A stretch of 64,000 nucleotides of DNA from Candidatus Latescibacterota bacterium (GTDB taxonomy: Bacteria; Latescibacterota; UBA2968; UBA8231), in assembly GCA_965204725.1 (NCBI GenBank), contig OZ242005.1, positions 2,176,001 through 2,240,000 of the forward strand, in the 5' to 3' direction. Of this stretch, positions 8,476-18,007 are shown in pieces. The stretch's first letter is position 1, and every line of letters begins with the position of its first letter. The notes under the pieces are model-generated. The model searched no databases. It saw nothing but the letters and a program-made list of their open reading frames with translations, and had not been told where the DNA came from. The position numbers and the translations under genes were made by a program.

Positions 8476-11400
8476 TTAAGACGATTTCTTAGGTGGTTGC
8501 AACCCATGCACACGCATGCGAGAACGCAGCCGCTCTGGATTCATGCCCAATATGCGCGCCGCGCCCCGCTCGCCATAGATCCGCCCCCCAGCGGCTTGAA
8601 GCGCCTCAACGATTTGCTGCTTTTCGTCCATGATGACAGGCCGCTTTGCTTGCGTCTCACCCCCGGCGGGCGGCTCATCCAGCGGAAACTCCAAGTCCTC
8701 CACTCGCAGTACGCCGCCCTCACACAGCAAGATCCCCCGTTGGAGTACGTGTTGCAGTTCGCGGATGTTCCCCGGCCACGAGTGCGACTGCAAGTGCGCG
8801 ATCACCCCGTGGCCCATCGTCGGTGCCGGCAGCTTTTGCTCGGCGACGAACTGATCCACAAAATGCTTGACCAAATCCGGTATATCCCCGAGCCGCTGCC
8901 GCAACGGCGGAAGCTCTACCGTGAAGGTGTTCAGACGATAAAACAGGTCGCCGCGGAACGCCTCCGTCTGTATGGCCTGCCGCAGGTCGCGGTTGGTCGC
9001 CGCCACGATTCGCACATCCAAGGGTACAGGCTGCTCACCCCCGACGCGGGTCAGGAGCTTCTCCTCTAAGACATTCAAAAGCACCCGCTGGGCCTGTGGC
9101 GGCAACTCGCCGATTTCGTCTAAAAACAAGGTGCCGCCATTGGCCTGTTCAAAGCGCCCAACTTGGCGATTATTGGCCCCGGTAAAGGACCCTTTCTCGT
9201 GGCCGAACAACTCGCTCTCGACTAGGCTAGGCGGCAGCGCTCCGCAATTGACTTGGACGAAGGGACGGTCGCTGCGCTGGCTGAAGTCGTGGATGCTCTG
9301 CGCCAGCACGCCCTTGCCGGTGCCGGTCTCGCCCAGCACCAGCACGGCCACATCGGACCAAGCGACCTCCTCGACTTGGCGCATCACCTCGTGCATGACC
9401 GGAGTCTGACTCTCTACCATCAGGGGGGCAGACAGCCGATCCTCGGTGGGCACATCCGTGCGTTTGGCGCGATCGTCGAGGACGACGCGAATGGCCAAGC
9501 TGACCACCTCAGACCGCAGGCCATCGCGGTCTAGGGTCTGTACCTCAAAGCGGTAGTCGCCTACCGACAGGGCAGGATACTCGACCGCATCGGCGGCGGT
9601 GAACGCGCTCCACTGTTCGGCTGGGGCGTAGCCTACTAAGCGATGGCGATAGCACATCTGCCTCGCCCCGGTGCGGAAACTGATACCTTGGAAATGAATG
9701 CGGACTTCGGAGACGTCCTCTGAGAAGGATACGTCTTGGGGCATGGCAAAAAGGCTTCCGGCCAGCACCTCGCGGATGACCACACGCGGCGGCGTGTCGC
9801 CCGGCTGATAGGCAACCAACCCGGCCCGCGTCCCAAACCACAGCCGGCCGCGACGGTCGCACAAGACAGCCTCGACGATGTTGCCGAGCACAGAGTCCCC
9901 TAAGCGGATGTTTTGGAATGTCTCGCCATTGTAGCGGAGTGCGCCTCCGCCGCTGGTCCCAAGCCAAACATGGCCCTGCGGGTCAGCCGTCAGCGCCAAG
10001 ACGCCATTGGCCGGCAGCCCAGACACATCGACTGTAAAGTGGCGCACCTCCTTCGACGAGTGGTCAAACGTGAAAAGCCCTTTGGCCGTGCCCACCCACA
10101 AGACGTTTTGGTGTTCCCACAACACATTGACATAGACGATGGTCTCGGACTCGGCTATATCCGCCGGGCAAAAATGATCGTCCTTGTCCCAGTAGAGCGC
10201 CGGCACTTTACCGAAAAACCCAACCCAGAAGACGCCGTTTGGGTCTTGCAGCAGAGCGCGGCACTCCTCGCCTTCCCAGCCGTCAAAGGGGGTGAAGCGG
10301 TTGGCTTCGATCCAGCCGAAGTGGCCTTGGAACGTACCGACCCAGATACGCCCTTGCCTATCTTCGCACAGTCCGGTGATCTCTTCGGAGTTGGACGCGG
10401 CCCCCACGGCGATCGCGCGCGGCGTTTGGCCTTCCCACTGGTACACCCGGCCCCTTTCGCCCCCGCTCCAGATCTGCCCCTCGCCATCCGCCATCATCGC
10501 CAACACCGCGTCGTTCATATCGAGCGGCTGAATGTGGCCTTCTTCCATACAGGCCATGCCGCCCAGCGTGCCGATCCATATCCGCCCGTCGGCGTCTTCG
10601 GCCAAGTGGCGCACCTCGTGGTCGGGCAGGCCCTCGGCTTCGGTGTAGAACCGCACGCTGACCGGATCGCAAAAAATCAGCCCACCGCCCCAAAGCCCGA
10701 CCCAGATATTGCCCTCGCGGTCCTCGTATGTCAGGCGCGTATTGGAAAAGTCAATGCCCGGAAGGCCGGGCGCAAAGGGATGCCACGCTTGCCCATCGTA
10801 GCAGACTACGCCCCGACACGCCAGCCAGATCCGGCCTCGCTCGTCCGCCCGCACGTGCCGCACTCCCTGCTGCACCGCTCGCTCGGCCTGACCATCTACC
10901 CGGATGGAGGCGAACTGCTCGGCATACGGGTCGTACCGGCCGATCAAGGCTTCGCGACTCTCATGGTGGAAGACGACCCACAGATGGCCGGAGGGGTCTT
11001 GAGCAAATTTCCAAGGCCAGCGGACCGGCTGATCACCCAGATCCATGCGCCGTCCATCCAAGCTGAGGATGCCGCGGTCCCACGTCGCCAGCCAAGTGGT
11101 GCCCGCCACGTCGGTGGCCAAGTCGTACACCCGCCCCAACGGTTGGCCGTCAACATGGGTTATGCTCTTTTTGCAGCGGCCTTGGTCAAACCACGCCACG
11201 CCCGCGCCGGTCAGCACCTGAATCGAGCCGTCCGGCTCGGCTTGCAGGCCCACGATCTCATTGGACGGCAAGCCTTCCTTGGTCGTGTACACCTCAAAGC
11301 CGCGCCCGTCGTACGCGGCCAGCCCCCCGCCAAACGTGCCGAACAGCAGCCGCCCCTCGGGGTCTTCGGCAATGGCCATGACCGTCTGGGACGGCAGGCC

Positions 11401-11580
11401 ATCTGGGACGGTAAACGTATCAAACCGAGCGCTGTCGAACCGGCTGACGCCGCCGTCGGCCGTGGCAATCCAGAGGAACCCTTGGCTGTCTTGGTAGAGG
11501 TCTTCAACGTGCATCCCGCCCAGCCCATTGAACATGGTATAGTGATGCCCCTGCACGTGCTCAAAGGATAGGTCGCTCAT
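8476..11580 (-). CDS. Sigma-54-dependent activator with N-terminal Reg_prop beta-propeller repeats and Y_Y_Y domain
   Basis: Repeated EDxxGxxWxGT motifs, YRHRL..GDYRFEVQ (Y_Y_Y), GETGTGKG Walker A, ESELFGHEKGSFTGA, LFLDEIGE, WPGNIREL, C-terminal Fis HTH. Likely start MSDLSF (11580); ORF is open to 11652. Confidence 0.9.
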   Translation of the reverse strand: MSDLSFEHVQGHHYTMFNGLGGMHVEDLYQDSQGFLWIATADGGVSRFDSARFDTFTVPDGLPSQTVMAIAEDPEGRLLFGTFGGGLAAYDGRGFEVYTTKEGLPSNEIVGLQAEPDGSIQVLTGAGVAWFDQGRCKKSITHVDGQPLGRVYDLATDVAGTTWLATWDRGILSLDGRRMDLGDQPVRWPWKFAQDPSGHLWVVFHHESREALIGRYDPYAEQFASIRVDGQAERAVQQGVRHVRADERGRIWLACRGVVCYDGQAWHPFAPGLPGIDFSNTRLTYEDREGNIWVGLWGGGLIFCDPVSVRFYTEAEGLPDHEVRHLAEDADGRIWIGTLGGMACMEEGHIQPLDMNDAVLAMMADGEGQIWSGGERGRVYQWEGQTPRAIAVGAASNSEEITGLCEDRQGRIWVGTFQGHFGWIEANRFTPFDGWEGEECRALLQDPNGVFWVGFFGKVPALYWDKDDHFCPADIAESETIVYVNVLWEHQNVLWVGTAKGLFTFDHSSKEVRHFTVDVSGLPANGVLALTADPQGHVWLGTSGGGALRYNGETFQNIRLGDSVLGNIVEAVLCDRRGRLWFGTRAGLVAYQPGDTPPRVVIREVLAGSLFAMPQDVSFSEDVSEVRIHFQGISFRTGARQMCYRHRLVGYAPAEQWSAFTAADAVEYPALSVGDYRFEVQTLDRDGLRSEVVSLAIRVVLDDRAKRTDVPTEDRLSAPLMVESQTPVMHEVMRQVEEVAWSDVAVLVLGETGTGKGVLAQSIHDFSQRSDRPFVQVNCGALPPSLVESELFGHEKGSFTGANNRQVGRFEQANGGTLFLDEIGELPPQAQRVLLNVLEEKLLTRVGGEQPVPLDVRIVAATNRDLRQAIQTEAFRGDLFYRLNTFTVELPPLRQRLGDIPDLVKHFVDQFVAEQKLPAPTMGHGVIAHLQSHSWPGNIRELQHVLQRGILLCEGGVLRVEDLEFPLDEPPAGGETQAKRPVIMDEKQQIVEALQAAGGRIYGERGAARILGMNPERLRSRMRVHGLQPPKKSS

Positions 11581-11673
11581 TTTCGGCCTTTCGGCGGTTG
11601 GGAGGTCTTCCCCGAAGCGGGAAGGAGAAAATGAACGCCTAAGATACGACAATCGCCGCCCGAAAACTACCCG

Positions 11674-13011
11674 TCAGTCCGCCGCGACGAGTTGCCGTGC
11701 CAACGACCCCTCGCGCGTCAGGGCGTACACCACGACATTCACTCCCAAATTATAGGCCGACATCTCATCGATGCTCGAAAGGAAAAATGGCGTATTGCTG
11801 ATGTTATTCCGCACCCCCTCATCCCGTGCCCGCTCGGCGATGCCCGACCAGAAATCAGCGTACCCGCGCATCGAATACATCCCCACCAACTGCTCCCCGA
11901 CCAAGATGCCCTCCAAGTAGTCTGGGGTTAGCGGTGGGGATTCTCCGCCTTCTGTGAAGTGCATATCGCGCATCCCGCGGGGGAGGCTTTCTACATCGTA
12001 GAAGCTGTGGTAAATCGAATGGGTGGTCTCTAGGCGGGCAAACTGCCAGTCCTTCCATTCTTGATAGCCGACCGCTTGGAAGCTGGCCCGAATGAGGGAA
12101 CGCACGGCCGGAATGTCCAAATCGGCGTCGCTGTAGTTGGGCCGCAACAGGCGGACAATTTCTGCAAACAGGAATCCGCCCGAAGTCAAATAGGCCCCAA
12201 GATTGGCGGCCTCTGCCTCGGTAAACTCAAAGGGCGCGTTGGCAGTAAACAGCACGAAGGGCACCTGCAAGAGCTGCGGATCGTCGAGCCGGACCGCGTC
12301 GCGTACCTCGACGTGAACCTGCGTACTGGCGACCATTTTATCGGCCAACCCTTGCAGCATCTGTTTTTCTGCCATTTGGCGCGTCTGAAGGAATATGCGT
12401 GCCTCAGAGCTGGTCTTTTCCTGTTCAGCCCGTTCGATGGACGGGCTGTAAACACTGGACAAATAGAGAAAGCCTTTGAGCTGACGCCGGTCTTTTGGAT
12501 CCATTACGACCATCGCCCGGTGCTGGCCGGTGTCCATGGCCTGCACGTCCATCAGCTCTAAGGCCAAGTCGATCTCGTCGGTCCCTTGCCGCGTCCCTTC
12601 TAATGCTCCAGCCTGCATTTGCGGACCAATGTGCCGAGCGGGGAAGTCCGGCACGGGCAGCACCAGCCGATCCGGCAGGGCCGCTGTCGGCAGCCTAAGT
12701 GCCGCCGACTTGAACATCGGCAGGGCGCGCGTGGCCGTGGGGGCCGGCCGCACCGCGGCGACCGGGGCTGCTTGCAGGGCGGGGCGACGCACCAACGGTC
12801 GCTGCCGGGGCCGTTGCCGACGGGTCAGCGTGCGCTGCGGCGGCGGGCGTTTGGTAAACTCCACCATGATCGGCGACAGGACGGGAAATTGGGCGATCTG
12901 ATCGCGGTGCGTAATGCCGAAGATCACCAGCAGATGCAAGGCCAGCGACACCGCCAAGCAGCCTTGCAGCTTTCTGTTTTTGCGGAGTGGAACTTTCCAC
13001 GACCGTCTCAT
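11674..13011 (-). CDS. Membrane-anchored DUF4159-like protein
   Basis: N-terminal TM (SLALHLLVIF), Pro/Arg-rich linker, then FTEAEAANLGAYLTSGGFLF..HSIYHSFYD..LGVNVVVYALT, typical of DUF4159. Confidence 0.7.
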   Translation of the reverse strand: MRRSWKVPLRKNRKLQGCLAVSLALHLLVIFGITHRDQIAQFPVLSPIMVEFTKRPPPQRTLTRRQRPRQRPLVRRPALQAAPVAAVRPAPTATRALPMFKSAALRLPTAALPDRLVLPVPDFPARHIGPQMQAGALEGTRQGTDEIDLALELMDVQAMDTGQHRAMVVMDPKDRRQLKGFLYLSSVYSPSIERAEQEKTSSEARIFLQTRQMAEKQMLQGLADKMVASTQVHVEVRDAVRLDDPQLLQVPFVLFTANAPFEFTEAEAANLGAYLTSGGFLFAEIVRLLRPNYSDADLDIPAVRSLIRASFQAVGYQEWKDWQFARLETTHSIYHSFYDVESLPRGMRDMHFTEGGESPPLTPDYLEGILVGEQLVGMYSMRGYADFWSGIAERARDEGVRNNISNTPFFLSSIDEMSAYNLGVNVVVYALTREGSLARQLVAAD

Positions 13012-13068
13012 CGGATTATGTCCTTTCCCTACTTTGCGTATGCCTTTTCTACTGTTGCCGCTACGTCC

Positions 13069-13116
13069 GGGATCGAGGGCGTCCCGCCCTCGACGAGGGC
13101 AAGATGCCCTCGATCC
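13069..13116. repeat. REP-like palindrome
   Basis: GGATCGAGGGC GTCCCGCCCTCG A CGAGGGCAAGAT GCCCTCGATCC, nested inverted repeats. Confidence 0.6.
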
Positions 13117-13119
13117 TTA

Positions 13120-13243
13120 GAGGCTGTCTGAAAACCCACTTTGGGTAGCCGTAGAGCCGGTCTCCGTCATTCCCGCGAAAGCGGGAATCCAGCCGGGGTC
13201 GTATAGACGCAAGGGGCGACCACCAGAGTTTGCAGACAGCTTC
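13120..13243. mobile_element. IS5-type MITE (family B) carrying an ATTCCC-N8-GGGAAT REP
   Basis: TIRs GAGGCTGTCTGAAAAC / GTTTGCAGACAGCTTC (14/16), flanked by TTA on both sides; internal GTCATTCCCGCGAAAGCGGGAATCCA. Confidence 0.7.
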
Positions 13244-13293
13244 TTAGAAAGTTGGCGGCTCGTGTCGTGTAGCAAGGTCAAGTTCCTCTCGCG

Positions 13294-15444
13294 TTACGGC
13301 AGCTTGGTCGTCTTTTTCGCTTCCACCCGCCCTTCGACTTCCACCCGATAGACATACACCCCGGCCGCCACCGCTTTGCCCGCCTCGTCGCGGCCATCCC
13401 ACACAAACCGATGGCTACCCGCCCGCAACGGCCCGTCCCACACCTGACGCACCCGACGACCCAACACGTCATGTACCCGCAGTGATACTTCCGCCGCGTC
13501 CGTCGCCAAATCGAGGGGCAGCACCACCGCCGGATTGAACGGGTTGGGATAGCTGTCGCCCAGCCGATACTGCGCCGGTCGCGCAGCCGCCGATGTCCGC
13601 ACGGCCGTCGCGGTCGAGGCCAGCGAACTCTTGAGCAGATGCACCCCACCCCAGATCGGATCCAACACCACCAAATCCTCATCGCCATCGCCATCCATAT
13701 CCCCAGACAGCACGTGGGTCGCGCTGCCTTGCAGCCGATGCCGCTCTCCTTCTTGGGTCGGATTGACACGTCCCCCCCATTCGACGAACACCCCAAAGCC
13801 CGAAGCACGATCTCCGCCGATAAACACCCAATCGTCAACTCCATCGCCGTTGAGATCGCGCATCAGCACCGGCGAGCGTCGAAACAGCCGATCATCATAC
13901 AATACCGCCGATTCTGCGCCGCCCGTGCTCTTGCTCAGCCAGACGAGCCCCTTACTCCCTTCAAATTGATCCCGTGTGGACTCGGTGAGGAAATCCACCT
14001 GCCCGTCGCCATCAAAATCGCCCACCCCTAATAGCTGCCTATACCCCTCGCCGAATGCAAAGCTCTCGCCTTGCTGCAAGTCCCCGCCCAAAGCCTGCAC
14101 AAGCCACCTGTTTGACCGCCCGGCGATCGGCACCCACACCACGTCTAAGACCCCATCGCCAGTAACATCGCCGACCCGACTGGGCGCATAGTTTGGGTCG
14201 GCCGCTACCTCCTCGGCGGTCCACCCGCCCTCGGCTGCATCCCAGACCTCTAACGTGCTGCCCTCATACGTAACATTCTGCACAAATAATTCGACCCGAC
14301 CGTCGCTGTCCCAATCCGCTGTATCCGCGACCCACCGATCCGCGATCGGCACGAGCACCTCGACTTGCAGTTCCGGCCCGATAGACCACACTTCTGTTCT
14401 CTTTCCCTCGTTGCTTGTAGATAGCACGATTTCGTCGCGACCATCGCCGGTCAAGTCCGCACCCAGCACCCCTAAGACCACCCCGAAACTGCTCGTCACG
14501 CCTGTGTCCTCATCCGTACTCGTCTCCCCGGTGGCCGTTACTTCCTCTGTGCGCCTTAGTTTCAAGGCCCCGTGCCCGTCATTGAGCGCCATCAGCCAGC
14601 CATCTTTAGTCCTCACCCCTATCTGACCATCCTCCCAGACAGCGAACAGGTCTAAGTCGCCATCGCCATCCAAGTCCGTTAAGACGCCGACCTCCTCTCC
14701 ATAAGTACCGCCCCCTATGCCCGGGGCAATCGGATAGAACGCCGGCGCGGCAAAAAGGCCGATCCCGTCCAAGCGAAAATACTCTACGTAGGGCGGCGGC
14801 AGTTCCCCCTGTAAGAGCTCTTCCACGCCGGTCAACTCGATCCAGTCAACCTCGAACCACGCAACCTCAACCACGGCCGCCGCCGACCAAAGATCTACCT
14901 CTGTATCGAGAAGAAAACGGAGCCGAATATCTTTCAATAACCCCTCCCATATCTTCTCGTCTTGACCGGCCAACGACAGCACGATTTCCTGCCACTCAGT
15001 GGTATAGACTAGGTCTTGGACGGAGGTTTCAAACCGGCTGAGCGACAACAGCGGGTCTCCTGGATCCTGACCGGCAGCCAAGGCGTTGTGCTCGTTGGTC
15101 CAAGAGATTGAAAAATGACCGACCGTAGGACGATGATGGACGGTGCGGCAGCGGATGCGGACCCGGTCGAACAGGTCTGAATTGTACCCGATAGTCGGGG
15201 AAATCAATTTGAAATCCGCCCGGGAATCCCTCCCTCTGGTGCTGGAGGAATCGACCGCGATCCGCCACACGCCATCTTCGACCACACTTGGAAACAGGTT
15301 CGTTTCACGTGGCCCTCCCACCCCTATAAGTCCTTCTGTGGCAGACCACCCTTGCGTCGTCCCATCGTCGAACTCCCACTTGATCGCCGCGGCGGGATCG
15401 TTCCACAGCATCACGGCGGCAACAACGGCGAATAGCAGTAGCAT
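13294..15444 (-). CDS. Secreted FG-GAP/VCBS repeat protein with FlgD-Ig-like domain, paralog 4
   Basis: Same architecture; start at MLLLFAVV (15444) after AAGGAG. Confidence 0.9.
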   Translation of the reverse strand: MLLLFAVVAAVMLWNDPAAAIKWEFDDGTTQGWSATEGLIGVGGPRETNLFPSVVEDGVWRIAVDSSSTRGRDSRADFKLISPTIGYNSDLFDRVRIRCRTVHHRPTVGHFSISWTNEHNALAAGQDPGDPLLSLSRFETSVQDLVYTTEWQEIVLSLAGQDEKIWEGLLKDIRLRFLLDTEVDLWSAAAVVEVAWFEVDWIELTGVEELLQGELPPPYVEYFRLDGIGLFAAPAFYPIAPGIGGGTYGEEVGVLTDLDGDGDLDLFAVWEDGQIGVRTKDGWLMALNDGHGALKLRRTEEVTATGETSTDEDTGVTSSFGVVLGVLGADLTGDGRDEIVLSTSNEGKRTEVWSIGPELQVEVLVPIADRWVADTADWDSDGRVELFVQNVTYEGSTLEVWDAAEGGWTAEEVAADPNYAPSRVGDVTGDGVLDVVWVPIAGRSNRWLVQALGGDLQQGESFAFGEGYRQLLGVGDFDGDGQVDFLTESTRDQFEGSKGLVWLSKSTGGAESAVLYDDRLFRRSPVLMRDLNGDGVDDWVFIGGDRASGFGVFVEWGGRVNPTQEGERHRLQGSATHVLSGDMDGDGDEDLVVLDPIWGGVHLLKSSLASTATAVRTSAAARPAQYRLGDSYPNPFNPAVVLPLDLATDAAEVSLRVHDVLGRRVRQVWDGPLRAGSHRFVWDGRDEAGKAVAAGVYVYRVEVEGRVEAKKTTKLP

Positions 15445-15538
15445 AGCACATCTCCTTTGCAACAATTTCGGCTCCAGTCAGGTATAGATGATTTAGGCGG
15501 TCTTATGCCCTCTCACCGGCTCACGTTTCAACCACTCC

Positions 15539-17644
15539 TTACGGCAGCTTGGTCATTTTTTTCGCTTCCACCCGCCCGTCCATCTCGACCCGATAGATAT
15601 ACACGCCCGCCGCCACCGCCCTGCCTGCCTCGTCGCGGCCATCCCATACAAACCGATGGCTGCCTGCCCCCAGCGACCCCTGCCACACCTGACGCACCCG
15701 ACGACCCAACACGTCATGTACCCGCAGCGACACCGTCGCCGCGTCCTTAGCCAAATCAAGGGGCAACACCACCGCCGGATTGAACGGGTTGGGATAGCTG
15801 TCGCCCAGCCGGTACTGCGCCGGTCGCGCAGCCGCCGACGTCTGCACGGCCGTCGGCGTCGAAGCCAGCGAACTCTTGAGGACATGCACCCCACCCCAGA
15901 TCGGATCCAACACCACCAAATCCTCATCGCCATCGCCATCCATATCCCCGGACAGCACGCGGAGCCCAACGCTCTGCAGCCGATGCCGCTCCCCGTCTTG
16001 GGTCGGATTGACACGTCCCCCCCATTCGACGAACACCCCAAACCCCGAAGCGCGGTCTCCGCCGATAAACACCCAGTCGTCAACCCCATCGCCGTTGAGA
16101 TCGCGCATCAGCACCGGCGAGAGTCGAAACAGCCGATCATCATACAACACCGCCGATTCTGCGCCGCCGGCACTCTTGCTCAGCCAGACGAGCCCCTTGC
16201 TCCCTTCAAATTCATCCCGTGTGAACTCGGTGAGTACATCCACCTGCCCATCGCCATCAAAATCGCCCACCCCTAACAGCTTCTTCCAAGCCTCCAATTC
16301 AAAGACCTCGTTTTGCTGAAACTCAGCACCCAAGGCTCCCACCGCCCACGTGTTCGCCTGCCCGACCATCGGTATCCACACCACGTCGAGCACCCCATCG
16401 CCGGTAACGTCGCCAACCCGATAGGCCACATGGTGTTGAGCCGCGGCCACCTCAGCGGATGTCCACACACCCTGTTCCACATCCCAGACTTCTAAAGTGC
16501 TCCCCGCAACAAACAGTTCGGCCTGACCATCGCCATCCCAATCCGCTGCATCCACGATCCATCGATCCGCGATTTGCACCAGCACCTCAACTTGGAGCTC
16601 TGCCCCGATAGACCACACTTCTGTTACCGCTTCCTCCCCGGCGCTCTTATACAGCACGATTTCGTCTCGACCATCGCCGGTCAAGTCCGCCCCCAGCACC
16701 TCTAAGTCCACCCCGGTGACGGTTATACTTCCAGTTTCCGCATCGGTACTAAGCAGCCCTGCGCCCGCTACTTCCTCTATGCGCCTCAGTTCCAAGCCCC
16801 CGTGCCCGTCGTTGAGAGCCATCAGCCAGCCCACTTTAGACCCTGCCTTCCCCTTCTCTCTTTGAGGATACGTCCAGACAGCGAATAGATCTAGGTCGCC
16901 ATCGCCCTCTAAGTCCGTCAAGATACCCTTCTGTGCTCCGGCAAAGCTGTAGCTGTTCCCGATACCCGGCGCAATCGGATAGAACACCGGCGGCGCAAAA
17001 AGCCCCGCCGCATCCCAGCGAAGATACGCTACCGGCGGCGGCGGCAGTTCCCCCTGTAGCAACTCTTCCACGCCGGTCAACTCGATCCAGTCGACCTCAA
17101 ACCACTCCACCGTATCCGATGTCGATTCAACGTCCGAACGATCCAGTGAAAAACTGAGCCGAATATCTTTTAGTAGCCCCTCCCATCTCTTCTCGTCGCG
17201 ACCTACCAAGACAACCACCAATTCCTGCCACTCGGTGGTATAGACGATCTCTTGGAAGAAGGTTGCAAACGCAAGATCCAGACCTGACGGCAGGGCGTTG
17301 TGCTCGTTGGTCCAAGCGAATGAAAAATTACCCATTGTAGGGCGGTGATGGACGATGCGGCAGCGGATGCGGACGTGGTCGAACAGACCCGAATCATACC
17401 CAATGGTCGGCGAAATCAATTCGACCTGCGGCGTAGAGTAGATCCCCTTGGTGACGGCGGGATCGACCGCGATCCGCCACACGCCATCTTCAACCACCCC
17501 CGGAAATTGGTGCAGTTCATGTATCCCTCCCGTAGCTTCTTTGGCGGACCACCCTTGCGTCGTCCCATCGTCGAACTCCCACCGAATCGCCCCGGCAGGA
17601 CCGCTCCACAGCACCACGCTTGCAACAACGGCAAACTTCAACAT
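15539..17644 (-). CDS. Secreted FG-GAP/VCBS repeat protein with FlgD-Ig-like domain, paralog 5
   Basis: Same architecture; start at MLKFAVV (17644) after GGAGG. Confidence 0.9.
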   Translation of the reverse strand: MLKFAVVASVVLWSGPAGAIRWEFDDGTTQGWSAKEATGGIHELHQFPGVVEDGVWRIAVDPAVTKGIYSTPQVELISPTIGYDSGLFDHVRIRCRIVHHRPTMGNFSFAWTNEHNALPSGLDLAFATFFQEIVYTTEWQELVVVLVGRDEKRWEGLLKDIRLSFSLDRSDVESTSDTVEWFEVDWIELTGVEELLQGELPPPPVAYLRWDAAGLFAPPVFYPIAPGIGNSYSFAGAQKGILTDLEGDGDLDLFAVWTYPQREKGKAGSKVGWLMALNDGHGGLELRRIEEVAGAGLLSTDAETGSITVTGVDLEVLGADLTGDGRDEIVLYKSAGEEAVTEVWSIGAELQVEVLVQIADRWIVDAADWDGDGQAELFVAGSTLEVWDVEQGVWTSAEVAAAQHHVAYRVGDVTGDGVLDVVWIPMVGQANTWAVGALGAEFQQNEVFELEAWKKLLGVGDFDGDGQVDVLTEFTRDEFEGSKGLVWLSKSAGGAESAVLYDDRLFRLSPVLMRDLNGDGVDDWVFIGGDRASGFGVFVEWGGRVNPTQDGERHRLQSVGLRVLSGDMDGDGDEDLVVLDPIWGGVHVLKSSLASTPTAVQTSAAARPAQYRLGDSYPNPFNPAVVLPLDLAKDAATVSLRVHDVLGRRVRQVWQGSLGAGSHRFVWDGRDEAGRAVAAGVYIYRVEMDGRVEAKKMTKLP

Positions 17645-17701
17645 GCTATCACCTCCGTAGAGACTTTCAGAAAATTGAGCACGGTTTCTACGGATTATAT
17701 A

Positions 17702-17717
17702 TGCAAATTGCGTACCA
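17702..17717 (-). promoter_or_regulatory. Sigma-54 promoter, second copy
   Basis: Minus strand TGGTACGCAATTTGCA inside a duplicated regulatory block. Confidence 0.8.
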
Positions 17718-17838
17718 AAAAGCAGGGTACGCACAAAAAAATCCTTTAGGATGATCCTAAAAGATTGAAAATATAGGAGTTATAAAAATTAATTTCTCTT
17801 TTTTCAGCCCATGTACTCGCAATAGGGAACCATGTTTT

Positions 17839-17898
17839 GTCGTATAAAATCGTATAAAGTCGTATTAAATACGACTTTATACGATTTTATACGATTTT
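17839..17898. repeat. Second copy of the 10-bp-unit palindromic array
   Basis: GTCGTAT AAAATCGTAT AAAGTCGTAT TAA ATACGACTTT ATACGATTTT ATACGATTTT. Confidence 0.8.
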
Positions 17899-17954
17899 TC
17901 TGCGGCATCGGCAGGCCGCGATTTCTCGCCCCGTTAAGACGATTTCTTCGCTTC

Positions 17955-17983
17955 TTGACAAGGATAGCCCGTTAAGCTAGCAT
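17955..17983 (+). promoter_or_regulatory. Sigma-70-like promoter for the exporter operon
   Basis: TTGACA-17 bp-TAGCAT, about 25 bp upstream of ATG 18008. Confidence 0.55.
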
Positions 17984-18007
17984 CCTTATATAACATACCC
18001 CAACGCC

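Noticed and set aside
9913-11571. 552-aa plus-strand ORF and similar long antisense ORFs (e.g. 19013-20335, 21664-22680, 28308-29447)
   Set aside because: Shadow frames of well-supported genes in GC-rich DNA, with no recognisable motifs.
1-17644. Diversity-generating retroelement behind the FG-GAP variation
   Set aside because: No reverse transcriptase or template repeat in the window; differences include indels and are not adenine-specific.
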